From contig OZ037770.1 in assembly GCA_964035545.1 (NCBI GenBank), positions 868,001-932,000 on the forward strand: DNA of 64,000 nt, in the 5' to 3' direction. Origin of the DNA: Bugula neritina (lineage: Eukaryota > Animalia > Bryozoa). Shown here piece after piece: positions 13,236 through 29,900 of the stretch (positions are counted from its first letter, which is position 1; each line of letters opens with the position of its first letter). The notes under the pieces were generated by a model that ran no database searches, was not told where the DNA came from, and was given only the letters and a program-made list of their open reading frames with translations. Position numbers and translations under genes: made by a program.

Positions 13236-16200
13236 CTTCCAAACTAACACCATTGACTTAAAAAATGTTGATAAAAACTGCAGCAAGTCTTTAAAAACGA
13301 TGCTAGCAAGTTCAAAGCTCACTATAACTTTCAAAATCAATAAAATGTCAAGTTCAAAAAACTCATCTGCGAGCAAAAAATAGTTACAGAGACAACCAGG
13401 TATTGGGCAAGAGCCAGCTAATAGGAGTACCTTTTTAGATAAACTGCATGCAGGCACAGTGAGATAGCATCGGTGAGTTGTGTCTTCATTTTAATTTCCT
13501 AAAAATGAACATAAACAAATGCTAGTAATGAAAGTTTTCAGGGTTATTAAGGGTGCAATTTTATCACTAAACATCATAGCAATAGCAAAAATTGCTCAGT
13601 ACAAATTTAAGAAAAATTTCTTTCATCCATTACATAATACCCGAAATCTAATCCATTTATTCAATTCATCAAGCTGAAAAACCAAGAATAATCAGAAAGA
13701 CAGTAAAATCACTTTCTAGTAAAAAACAGCTTTAGATCATAATTGTTGGGTTCAGCTCTTAAGCTAAGACACCGATGCACTGAAATACGAAAAAGATCAG
13801 CATACTTTTGACTGTCACAAAATTTATTTTACGTGCAACAGACATTTTAAGGTCACCCGCCACCCGCGCAGGACCACGTTGGTGAAAGGTGACCAGATAT
13901 TTTAAGGTCAATCAAAATCAAGCAAAGTTCATCGTCATATTGCTTACTGCTTAATGCTGCAGCTTATTTTTGCTTACCAAGTTTCTTTCTGCAGAATAAT
14001 TGTAGCTAGCTTCTCGATTTGCCATCTTTATTCCAGTCCAGGTTCAAATGACATCTTGATCGTTGCAAATATCCATGCAAGCTAAAAAATATTTATCAAT
14101 CAGTACAACAACAGAAATACTTACAATGATCCAAATAATATTACTATTACATTACTATAACATTACACAGTAACACTATGTTTATAATTGTAATACGGAA
14201 GCATGACTTTGTGGTAGTTTGATATGCTATAGCAAAAGGTAGAAAAATCAACTGAAAAACCGACAGAAATAATCAAGTACAATTAACTAAAGTAAATAAA
14301 CTTACTGAATAGTAAATATTTTACTATACTTAGTGAATTGATTTACTTCCACTAGGTTTACTTTCATGATTAAATGCTTCTGTCTATTTTCCAGTTTATA
14401 GGAATATATTAAAAGTGAAACCAATTATAATTACTATTACCTTATCTAGTTTTGACTATATATTTTTCACAAATATAAACATAGTTATATGCGTATTCCT
14501 ATTGTGACTGCAGATACCATTGCGGTAACTGAAATCAAACTTCATTCTACTTCAAGTTTCAAACATTGTCCCAGTTCAAAGACTAACAAGTAAATAATTA
14601 ATAACTGTGAAAGCTCCAATAAGTTACTTCATTATTAAATAAGATACAACTGATTCTACTGTATATGATACTATGGTATCTGTATTAAATTAAAACATAA
14701 TTATGAAAATCAAAAGTTGTATTTTGAGCACTTATATTATAGTAATTAAATTAACAGCTTAAAATAGGCACATTAAACCATGATTGGAATTTTTATCCAT
14801 TTATCTTTATAACTATATTTATTCTTTATTCTGAAAGTTGACCCAACACTGGTAACAAAACTAAAAGTAATTGATTAAGTATGATTTATTCTTACACACT
14901 TTACCATTATATTTAGTCTTCCTGACTTTCAGTCTGTCATAGTGATTACTACTATATGAAAATGACTTTGACTTAGGAGTCATAATTATAGTCACAGTGT
15001 TGATAAGTCAACAGTGTAGGATTAACACAGCACTAGACTAGTACTACCTCCAGCTTTCAAGTTTATGTTAGGGTATCTCTAAAACTAAAGAGTAACCCAT
15101 ATAATGTAAGCAAAGAGCAGTGAGTAATAAGCATGCTATTCAACTTCAAGTTTCACTAGTACTATAACCAATACCACATGTATTTTAATAAAATTATGTA
15201 GCTGGTGAGTGAACTATAAAATTAAATAGGGATCAAACTTTGAGCAATATTAATAGAAATAATATTAGGACAGAGGTTTCCAATTATTAGTATGTGAAAC
15301 CAAAGGGGAATGGATAACTACTATTAGTATCATTACATTTACTTTATATTTAGTTTTACCAGTTCGTATTATGATTATCTTACTTTGAATTGTAAAGTAT
15401 AATAATTATAATATTCATAGTAGTATATTTATATTAGTAATTAATATGTATATTAGTAAAAACATTTGTTTTAAGTTGCTTGTTTATTAAATTATTCTAA
15501 ATCCTAATAACGATAATCTTAATATTAGTGATAATCATTATGCTCATCACTGTCCCCAAGTGCTATCAGTATGACCATCGCAATGTGAACCTAGACGTGA
15601 ATGTAAAAAGGCACTGCAAAACAGAACATGGGATGGAGGCAGATATCCATACCATAATACAAATATCGATATTGAATTTGATAATCATAATTATTATACA
15701 AATATAATGATAATAACTACAATGATCAAAAATAAATAATACCAAAGAGTTTTCGAATTACTATTCATAAAATCAAATATCACATTTATAAAGATATAAT
15801 CATATCTATTATTAAATTTAAGTCAATTATACTAATAGCAATAGTAATATAAATAGAAAAAAGAATCATTGACCAGGAGTAGGTGCAAAATAAAAGTCAA
15901 TTTTAAGACAAAGAGTAAGAAAAATACTAAATCGATATTTAAAATTACTTATTTTTAATCTTAGTCACTTACAGTCAGTCTTAGTTTAATTTTTACTACT
16001 AAGTCTTTAATTTCAAGTTCATTTTGACAATAAACTTGAAGACTTTAACTAAGAATATGTATAATTCAAAATTCCAAACTGGTACAAGTAAAAGTTGCTA
16101 CTGAAGCTTTGTAATATTATTTTAAAGTATTGGTATGATAGCATTATATTTTGATTCATAGCAATACTGATAGTGACAATTTCAAACATACCCATACCAT

Positions 16201-17092
16201 TACTGTTACAGTTTAAGTTACTATTGCCATTGTGATTGCCGGTAATGAGTAAATATAACTTAAATTTATATGACTATTACTATTACTATTAGTATTACTA
16301 TCACTTTCAGTACCGGTCTAGTATCAGTATCACCTTAATTCAAAATCAATGTATAATTTATCAAATTACTTTTATATTATCATTTATCAATAATATGTCT
16401 ATCACTATGATATTATCATGATATTGATTTTTAATTTAAACATAATAAAATCATAGGTATAATCATAATGATAATCATAATGCTTAATTTTACTTTTAGT
16501 TCAGGTTCAATGATTTAAGAGTAAGTGAAAGTTACTATAACTATTGCCATTGTGATTGCTAGAAATAAGTAAATATAATTTAAATTTATATGACTATTAC
16601 TATTACCAACACTCAGACTTACTCGGACTCACTCTGTCTCTAACTCTAAGTCTGAGTCTCACTCCACCAGAGTGAGAGTGACACTGAATTACTATAACTA
16701 TTACTATAACTATTAATATTAGTATTAGTATTAGCAAAATATATCAACCTTATGATTATCTTATTAGTTATTACAATATGTTCGGCATTGATGTTGAACT
16801 AAAAATATTAATAGTTATTACAATCACAATGACAATGCCAATATGATCAAAGACAAATGATTCCAAGCAGTTTCAGTTTGAGTTGAAGGTAAGTTATAAG
16901 TTGAAGTAGTACGTAAGTGGTAGTTAATACTGATACTATCAGTGATAGGTCTATACTAATACTCCATACCAATGAACTCAATAATATTACCTATATATTA
17001 CCATAAATTATATTACTATTGGTATTACCTATAATTAAAATATATTCTTTCTTTTCCAGCTCAGTGCTTCATACCCTCTACTTAGTCTAATG

Positions 17093-19597
<2,505 letters not shown>

Positions 19598-20329
19598 GTC
19601 TAATGCCGCGCACATGACGAGAATGTGAGGTGAAGGTCACTCACAGCTAAAATCGCCAAGGATCTGTAATCCATCACTAGTAGTAGTAGTTCTAGTAGTC
19701 GTACTACCAGTAATCTGGCTTCGCTATGACACTACGAATTGAATGTTGACAAGACGCATGCATGTTTGCTGTTGGTAAACTAATTTTTACTGAATTTTAA
19801 TCATGCTAAGCTGCAACCTATTTTCTAATGAAATAATATATTCAATAATAATATAATAAATATAATAATTATCATTATAATATTTTATCATTTAATTTTA
19901 TAACTTTTACTTTTAGTTTTAGTATTTTGGCTTTACATCAAAATTTACATCATTATGATTATCATTATGATTACAAATTGAAAATAATTATCATTAATCA
20001 TTACCTTTTAATTTATGATTATAATTATTGTTAGAATTACCACAATTACAATCATAATGATAATCATAATGATAATGGCATAATGCCAATGATAATCACA
20101 ATCGTAACACTAATAATAATAGTAATAGTCAAACTCAAGGATTGAGCCAATGATTCAGATTGTCTAAATTTAATTAAATAAATTTCAGCCTTGGGTTTAA
20201 CTTTACAGTTCACAATTTTATTTTACATTACGACTGAGAGTCACAGTAAGACTAAGAAAAAGAGTAAGTCATACCTTTCTTACAGTTATTTTCAAAGTTT
20301 GTAGTTGTACTGGTAGTGGTACAGTAGTA

Positions 20330-20475
20330 GACCTAGTAGTAGTACTAGTAGTAGTAGTAGTAACAGTACTATTAGTAGTACTAGTAGTACTAGTACTAGT
20401 AGTAGTACTAGTAGTACTAGTACTAGTAGCAGTACTAGTACTAGTTGTAGTACTAGTATCAGTGGTAGTAGTAAT
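20330..20475. repeat. Mixed (TAG)/(TAC) trinucleotide microsatellite
   Basis: tagtagtagtactagtagt... visible directly. Confidence 0.9.
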
Positions 20476-21520
20476 AGGACTGCGATCTTAGATGTAAGTC
20501 TAATGAAATACGAATAATAATAGTATAAGTATAACTTTTACATATTTAGTTTTACTATAAGTGTAAATATAATGAGTAATAGTAAAACTCAAAGTATATA
20601 CATTAACTCAGTTTAGCATTAATGATAAAATATAATAATTATAATAAAGTAATATGATCACCATTACGATTATAATTTAAATTCTTAGTAACACTTTTAT
20701 GATACTCAGTTTAATTTATTAATATTAAACATTAGTTTGGCTACCACAAATAACTAATAAGTGCTACTATAGGTAACTGTAAAGATAAGTATAAATTTAA
20801 CTATAACATAGACTATTAGCAATAATAATATATCATATTGATATTAAACTATATATGGATAATGCAAATCATAGATCATACCTCATGATAATTATTCCTA
20901 ATGATCTTACTTTTTATATGCTGATGCTAATAAGTAGTAATTTTAAATTTGATAACTCATGAATGATGAATAAGATAACAAGAATAATACTGGACCTAGT
21001 AATACTATTAGTCCTACTACTAGAATTTTATTATCTTATATTTGTAATACGCTTCTTTTAGTAATACTGCTGGTCAAAGTTAGCGTTAATCATATTTATA
21101 GTTAAATGTTGAAGGAATAAATTAGTTCATAATATAAACATTTCACTATGTGAATATGAAATTTAATATGAATATCCCAATTACACTTGCTGTTGCTCTT
21201 TAGAGACTAGAGTTATAACTTATAACTATGATATAATAATGAATACCATTATTTTAACTAATCATATTACTCAGCTAATGTTAATGATAACTGTAAGTCT
21301 AAAAACCATTACGGTTATAGGTATCACTGACTAATATTATTAACAATATAATCATTCGTTTTATACTTGTACCTATATTTATATTTATACTTATACCTAT
21401 TTTTATACTTATGATCATATCTATACTTTCAGGTATGCTTGTACATTTTACTCATAGTATCAGGGTGGCAATCGAAAAGTCATAATCGATATGCTAATCT
21501 AATAATAGAACCAACTGCAC

Positions 21521-24510
21521 TATTATTATTATTATTGTTGATTGACCGTAGTTTTTTAGCTGGTGTAACCTTTTACCATTGGCCTAGTTATACTAGGCTG
21601 AAATGACTAGAACTTTCCTCAGGATGTGAGCTTATCCTGATCCTAGTAAGGGTGTCTGCTGAATTAATGAGCATTTGTTTTCAGCTACTCCAAGTAGTGT
21701 CAGCCAGTCTACAATCTTGTATAAAGCTCCAAAGGCTCCAGTTACAACGGGATGACTTTTTTGATGTTTTCCAAAGGCGGGTTTATTCTAGTGCTAAATT
21801 CTGATATTTTCCTAACTTTTCGAATTTTTTTCTTTTACTCTGTAGTTAACAGGGACTGTGATATCAATTATCGTTGTTTCAGCATTATGCTTGTCAACTA
21901 CTAATATATCGGGTCTCCTAACTTTGATGACTACGTCAGTGTGTATGTTAAAATCTTACAAGGTTTTCACGTTATCATTTTCCAGTACTTATTCTGCTTG
22001 ATGGCCGTACCAATTTTTATATTTCTGAAACCCACGAAGTTCACACAACTACTATTGAAATTATCAATGCCAAAAGGTTGTGTTTTTTCTTATATTCTCC
22101 TTCTGCTACCTTCTCAAACTCACTCAATACGTGCATCGAAGTTTTGTCTCTTGCGTTACACATTCCACACTTCTTGCTACCCTGTTCTCTCATCATAGCC
22201 ACTTTATAATTTCTAGTAGTGAATAGTTGATTTTGCGCAGCTGTCAGCAGTCCTTCTGTTTCTTTTTTCAGCCAACCATACTTCAACCAGTTCCAGGAAA
22301 ATGCTTTCATGTCTTTCACCATTTTGATGTATTGACCACGTGAAGCTTTTCTTTACACTCATCAGTTCTTTCTGTCACTTTATCATTATTTAGTTCTACC
22401 GCTGTTCTGTCTTTTAGGAAGGTATTCAGTGTGGTGTTTCTATCAGTCTATGTTATATTTATGTAGTCTGACATGCTGCAGTTTTCAATCTTTATGCATT
22501 TTTCAGTTGACAACATTCTTCTACCGCCTTCCCTTCTGCTAAAATACAGCCTGCCTACATCTGCTCTCGGATAGGGTGCACGGTTTGTTGTCATTAGCTT
22601 CCTTGTCTTTCAGTCTATATTTTTTAGCTCATGAAACAGTTCAGTCAAGTATTCTAGCTGTGTAATGCACTGCTGTTACTGCCCATGTGTTTATTGCTTT
22701 GATTGTGTTCTCACCATTCAGTTTTGAATCCAGAACTTTTCTTATTTGTTTGTAGTACTCCTTGATCTTATTTTTCATTTCATATATTTGTATTCCATCA
22801 ATCTCAAGAACTCCTAGATATTTATACGGCTTCTCACCCAGATCTTTGATTACCTGTTCATCAGGCAAACTGATTCCTGTGTCCTTAATTTTCTTTCCCT
22901 TTCTCATAACCAGTGTGGCACATTTTTTAATCCAAATTTCATTTCTATATTCCTTGTGAAGATCCCGGCAGTGTTTACCAAAGCTTCCAGTTCCCACTTT
23001 GATTTCCTATTTACCTTCAGGTCATCCACATATAGGAGATGGTTTGTTTTCTGTCTCGTCGAAATTTGCATCATTGAGCCGCTTCTGTCATGCGAATCGG
23101 TAGTTGGAGAAAAGGGATAGAGATAAAGAGTCTCCTTGGAAAATTCTTAGTTTGATCTTTATTTCTCCTATCTTTTCTTCCAGGTATTTCAGTTGTGTTT
23201 TCCAGGTTTCATGCTTTTTCTTATCAACCTTATGACATTAATTGCTATTCCAGTTGTTTGCATCGTTTCTAAGATCTAATTTCCTTGTCTTTACATATGC
23301 TCCAATTTGTTGCTAACTTTATTTAGTCATTCTGCATTGGTATTATTTTTAGTTGGCTGACCCCATATATTTTATCAGAATGCTTTTGATTTCCTTGTCA
23401 GGTGCCTCTTTAGATGTACGTATTCATTTCCTCGTAATTCTTGATAAAAGCGCTTATCATTGTAAACATTGTGTTCTGATTATATTAATCAACTCATTCT
23501 GTATATCTGTTTATCTTCTGGCTTACAGCTCTCAGGTTTTGCTTCAGTTTTTCAATCACTACACCACACTCTTTGTTCTTTATCCTATATTTTTCTTCAA
23601 CCATTCTTCTCAATGAATCATTGTAAGCTCTACTTTTTCACTCTGCTATTTTACTCAAGTCTGATCTAATTTCTTTTTATTTCTTCTGCAGTCGTATTTT
23701 CCATACTTGTACATTGTCAGTTTTTCTTTTTCCTTTTTGTTACACACTTGTTCTGTTACTATTTTTCGCACAAGCCATGGTGGTGTTATTAAGCTCAATG
23801 GTATTAATAATCTCAACACAGTTTAGCACATCATTAATCTGTTTTACTGCCTGTAGTAATTTGACCCTCTCAATGTGCCTAAGGGCTCTTAGTGTTGGTC
23901 GATCATTAGATAGTTTGTTATGCTCATTTATAATTTTTCTACTAACACTTTTTCTACCTCTGAACTAGGTACTCTTAAAATTCTCATGGCTGATTTATAT
24001 GCTATCTCATGTTGTACTATAACATCCTCTATTTGCAAATTTAGCTCTTCATTATCTTCTTCACCAATTGATGTGCTTAGGTCTTGCAAGGTTCCTTCTT
24101 CAATCTTATGGAGTTCTTTTTCCATAAAATGCTTGTGTTTCTTCATAGTTCTTGCTTAATCCGCTAGTCTCTATTCGCTGATGTTAAACCCTCCTCTGTT
24201 TTCCAGCCTTTGCACATTCTTTTTAAATAATTCCTTGATCCGGGTCTACAGAGCTCATACATTGTTTTTCTATAACCTCTTAATTTGGGTGTACTTTTGA
24301 AGTAGCATTTCATGACAACTTTGTTGTCTTCTCTTGAGTATCTTCTTCTAGTTGTGCCATTAACGGGTTGACGGCCGTAGGTTGCCTGGCCCTCCACATA
24401 CCCACTGCCAGACGAGACATGCCATGTTTAGTTAGACATACCATTAACGTCGTTGGCTTTATTAGTTCTATTTTAATGGATCATATTATTATTTTTAATT
24501 ATTATTATTA
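21521..24510 (-). mobile_element. Decayed RLE-type non-LTR retrotransposon, R4/Dong-like
   Basis: Minus-strand fragments in order: N-terminal RRRYSREDNKVVMKCYFKS..RGYRK (~24270-24350); RT motifs IFQGDSLS (~23121-23145) and HLLYVDDLK (~23015-23041); YKYLGVLE; ETEGLLTAAQNQ; degenerate Zn knuckle CGMC..TSMHVLS; RLE motif RRPDILVVD..IIDITVP..KYQNLALEI (~21785-21920). (TAA)n at both ends; many stops, frameshifts and deletions. Confidence 0.88.
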
Positions 24511-26549
24511 TCACTATCAGTAGCAAATAAATAATTTTATATTTGTTATTAGTTACTACTTATAGAAATTGAGTGCCACAGCTTGAGGGTTATAAAGTCA
24601 GTCTTAGTCAATGTAATGGGGATGCTGATACTGACATTTGGCTTCGAGCTCATAGTTAAATTGCTAACAACTATACCTAAGGATAACAGGAGTATTAAAA
24701 TGTTAATTTATAAGGATTATAACCTTAGAGTGGAGATATTATTCTCAATTTATTTAGTTTTTACTTTACTAACTTTTATTTTATTCATCAACCTTACTGT
24801 CTATTTAAATAGCAAACTAAAGAATAATTATGAAGGCCTTTGAATTGAAGTACTTTTCTGTAGCTGATTAGATTTCAAGTATTAAAATAACATACTAAGA
24901 CAGAATACCATTATATGAGCTAGATTAATAAAGTAAAGAAGATTTCTTTGTTAATCAAAATATAGGTGTCACATATGCCTATTTTTAAGATTATGTTCTT
25001 ATATGTGCTGTCTTTTTAATATTTTTAAAGTGCTACATTTTGAGGGTAGCCTACATCAATATGACTGCCCTGTAATTGCTTGTCAACTATAAGAGTTAGA
25101 CCTATAAACTGTCTCATTTTCAAATTATCTTTACTTTTCTAATTGATGTTAACATGACTATTCCTATTAGTATTTTGGTGTTTACCATTAGTAATGTTTG
25201 AAGTAACATCAATATCATTGTTAATTTGTCTAATTATTCAAATTTTAATATTCATCATTTGTGAACAGTAATAAAATTTTGTCTTTCTTAAATTAATGTG
25301 ATGCTAGATTAGCTACTCTAGCAAGTGTGTATTGTGCAATGAGTACTAATGCCATATTTTTGCACTTCTTGTTCTATATAATTTAGATTTAAGGTAACAA
25401 TTCCTAAAGCTATCACATAATGCTGCTATCAGTTATAAAGATGTCACTGATCCAAACATTGAAAACCAGCTGAGTGCATGCAAGGTTGAAAACTTATTTT
25501 CTCTGGTTAGGTAAGTAGAAAGGTATTTGCTGTAATTTACAACTATTTTGTTTTCAACATCCTTGATGTTCATCTCTAAAAGATAAGTAGCACATAATGG
25601 TACCTGTTTTACTTAGCAGAAGAAATTATTGTCAAAGCTCTATTACTACATTTTAAATTGTATGACACTCTTTTGACTACATTTGATTTCATATCTCAAA
25701 TAATTATATTTCTGACTCATGAAACTGTAACCACACACTTAAGAACAAAATAAATAATGATATGGAAGCTTTCTTTAACTTTGTCAATTTAGTCAACAGC
25801 CAATGACTGAAAACATGTTTTGTACACTATTGATTGCCTCTCTATTTCCGCTATAAGGCAGAAATTTTAATCTCAAAATTTAAGACACTGGCAATTCTTC
25901 CCAATAATACGTTGTTCAAAACAAATATTTTTTGCCAAGTAATATAGTATTTAATTATATTTTTTAGTCAAAGAAATTTGTTTGGTTTCTTGTGTCATCT
26001 TGAATAGGTTGTTATTCATTATCTTTTTCTTCATGTTTTGGCTATGAGTGTATATAACCTTTGCTGACAGGTTTTTCCTCCATCACTATATGTTTCTCTG
26101 TTTACTCTCTAACAGTTTTATTTCCGTTCATTTTTTAGAGTTTACTAAAATGACATGGGTGTGCTTTGTTGTGGCTCCTAATTGAGCGCATCCGTTGAGA
26201 TTATTGGAAGTTTTGTTGAAACTGAGCTGAGACCTCTTACTCCTAAAGGCAAGAATTTGAGTCATCTTAGCTACTTGTAGCATATCAACATCGAACAGCA
26301 CCATTCCACTACTCTAAGCTTAAGGTTTTGGCTGCATTAGATCAACAGGTAAGTTTAATAGTTTGTATTTCGTACACTATTTCATGATGTCTGTTCAGCA
26401 TTTACTTGGTAGCACACATTTATAGATTTTGCATTCTTTTAGTTTTTTGCAGTACAACTTTTCTACGCAACTATTACACTGTTGTTGCTGTTAATTGTAG
26501 TTTATTCTGCTTGACCATGCAATTATTGAATTATGTTGCAAAGGTGATT

Positions 26550-26946
26550 GAGTCCTTTTATTTAATTTAGTACACACTGGAAATCTGCAGTTTTTAGCCA
26601 TTTTTACATTTTAGCTGCTAATGAACAATGCTTTTTGCTTAAAATTAGTGAGACATCAAGAAATACACCTAAATAATCAAGGTTCTTCTTAATTTTGCAT
26701 GATTTCTCATGTTTTTTCCTATTTATTCATTTCATTTGGATTGCCTACTGTTACAAACTAACCGTGGCGATCCCCAGTCAGAAGTTGCTGTAATTAGAAA
26801 AAAAGCATAGGAAATCAAAGAAAATTAAAAAGAGCCTTGATTATTTAGGTGTATTTATTGATATTTATTTAGTTTCGGGCCAAAACTCATGTTCATTAGC
26901 AAAAACTTGAGATCTTCAGTATGTACTAACTTAAATAAAATGAACC
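26550..26946. mobile_element. Palindromic MITE, family C copy 1
   Basis: The left half (gagtcc..ttaatttagtacacactgg..aaatacacctaaataatcaagg) is mirrored in the right half (ccttgattatttaggtgtattt..gtatgtactaacttaaataaaatgaacc); homologous to 55446-55866. Confidence 0.75.
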
Positions 26947-29900
26947 AATTGCAGTAAATTTCTGCATTTTCTAATACTTCTTAAATTTATACCTAAAATA
27001 GTGCTGTCTTAAGAAAATGACACTAGCTGCTGTTTTCATGTATGTGCCCCAATTGTATATAATGCTGTTGATTTGTTTAGTGCTTTTTCTATTTGTTTGT
27101 TATATAACTTTTCTTTTATGGTTGTTGCCAGCACCTAAAGCATTATTCATTAGTGTCAATTAATTTCTACTCACAGTTTTACTGTTACATAGTTTATAAA
27201 GCCCTTGTGTCAACTTTTCTAGATATCCTGGTTAAAATTGTTCTACTTGATGAATGGCATAGGGCATATGCAATAGCAAAACAGTTGCAGGCTGTTTTGG
27301 AAAAAAAATTGTGCATATAACCTTTATTTTATACATGTTATTTAGGCTTTGGTAGAACTGTTGGAGAGCCTTCCTCTTGAATAAAGCTACTCAACTTCCC
27401 GGATTCTACTTTATTGACATTAACCCACTACCTACAAAACGCCTTGAAATTTAGCTAATAAATTATGTATTTTGTGATTTTTTTTAAATGTACAATGTTA
27501 TGTATAAATTACAATCAGTTTATATATATATACATATCTTTTACTACTTAGTATTACAGTGTAAAAAGCATTTCAGGGTTAACAATTTAATTAATTGGCC
27601 CTAACAGTAATTATGTATAATACAGATTTGCAGATGCTTTAAATGAACCCAAAAAGCTGATGTTGTTAAACAGTGTACAAAATAGTCACCTCATATCAGC
27701 CAGACATGCTTAGTCATTACCTAGCATTAAAATCATATTATGAATGCAGTCAAGTTTTGATATGCATCCCTATTAATGATAGTTTGTGAACCAGCAATTA
27801 AATATCAAGAAGCAATATTACTAACCAATGTGCTGGTTAAAGAGTTTCAAGTTGTAGATATAGTATCAAACTATTATAATGGCATAAAAACTATCAGTTA
27901 AAACATCTTATTAATATTTACTACAGGAATACATATTATAGGTGTGCTAAAAATCTGGTAGAAGCATCAATTATTTTAGATGTTTTGGATTTAGTATCTC
28001 TGTACTATAATGTAATATACAGAACATCAGGTGCTGTCTCCACAGTGCATTGATGGCACTAATGAATATTAATACATGCAGGCAGTGTTGGTAATGATTT
28101 ATTGAAATAGGAGTTTAAAAACTGTTTAAACAACAATGAAAAGCCTGAGATTAGTCCAAGGAGAGGGGTATTTCAAGCTAGCAGATGAGCAATATAGATG
28201 CGAAAGTCTTGCCTAAAAATCATTATTGTTATATCTAGTCATTAATTTCTTGCAATAGATCTATTTCACTATTGAGAAGAACAAAATTAGCTAGTAAACA
28301 GTGTAATAGAGTCAAGGCACTTTGGCAGTGCTAGTTTAAAATAAACCTGGGATAGTCGAATAGCAGAAGTACTTTTTGATGCATAATATAATTATGTACA
28401 GCTTAAGATTTTGCAATACTGTGTTTTCAGTGCGATATTAATTTCAATAGCTACATTAAAATAATGTACAATTCTAGCAAGTGATGCAAAATCTTCTAAG
28501 ATGCTATGACTGTAGCAGTTTGCTACTAGTCTCAAGTAACAAACCAAATAGCCTTTCTTTGTGCCATCATCCAAATGCCAAACAAATAACTCATTCACTC
28601 TGTAACAACAAGGTGGTCTCCCAAGTAGATTGTTAGACATTTCAGGCATTAATAACCAAAGGCTCTTCACTTTGGCATAATTGTATAGTTACCCAGCTAA
28701 ATAAATAATGTATTCATGGTATTGTAATTCCAAGCCATGCATTTATCTGTGAATGCAGCTAAGTATTTAATACGGCCATATATTTATGTACTATGTAGCA
28801 ATGCCTAATGTAGCTGTCAAGCTTCTACTTATACTCATTTTACTGATGCTTTACTTCTGATTACATGATTACAAACATAGCAGTTCAAACAAAATTATTT
28901 TAGATAGGAATAAATATAATGCTCCTAGCAAATGTTGTAAAACTATTTTCCAAAAACATATACTTTGCAAAAAAACTTTTCAGAAATTTATAATGCATTT
29001 ATCATATTATTGTTTCATTTAAAAGTTATAATGATAGAATATTATACTTAAAACACACTCAAATTTTTAGAGTCTTGTAATATTGTTAAACAAGAGTTAA
29101 CAGTAAGATTGGCTGTAGAGTAGAATGTTTAGCTGTTTGTACTGAAGCTAACAAGTAACTGGCATTAAAAAGAGATGTAGATAAAAAGTGACAGAATAAC
29201 AACTGGCTTGTATATTGGTAGTGCAAAAAGCTGTATATAACAGTTTAAACAAATACCCATTAGAATAAATGGTAACCCAGTACTTAAAATGTGGTATGTC
29301 ATAATACATATTTGTGGTGTATTGACTAGGCTAGATCAACACATAGCACTATATAATTGCTTTAGTATTTACAATTAGTTTGTGGTCTGGTGGGATTTGT
29401 TGATAGCCATTGTCTTTATTAACATAACAGTTTCCTAAAATTAGCAGTTTTCCTTATTCACCTAGTTAATTTTTAAGATTTATGTACAATATTTACATAT
29501 TAGGATATAAAAAATATCTTCAACCAGTGAATATCAAAATAATGATTAAAGACATATTTTAAGTCATATTTTTGTGGCAATCTAAATAATAAGCTGGTCT
29601 AAATTGTACTTGTGCAAACAGAACCAGCTCATGAATATATGTTGTTTTTTTTTAACTTGACAGTTAATCTAATATGGATGTGTATTTTATACTTGCTTTT
29701 GTGTTTAAGGTGATAAAATTGCACTGGTAAGGTAAATAAACATTGCTTGTTTGGCATGCTTTTGCGTGGCATTGCATATTATGCTAAACTAATGGCCAGT
29801 TTTGCAGTAGCTTCACCATAACCTTCAAAAGAATGCAAATATCATCTAATTATTGTAAGATTTTTAAGTTAATTTGTCTAGCTATAAACACATGTAAAAC

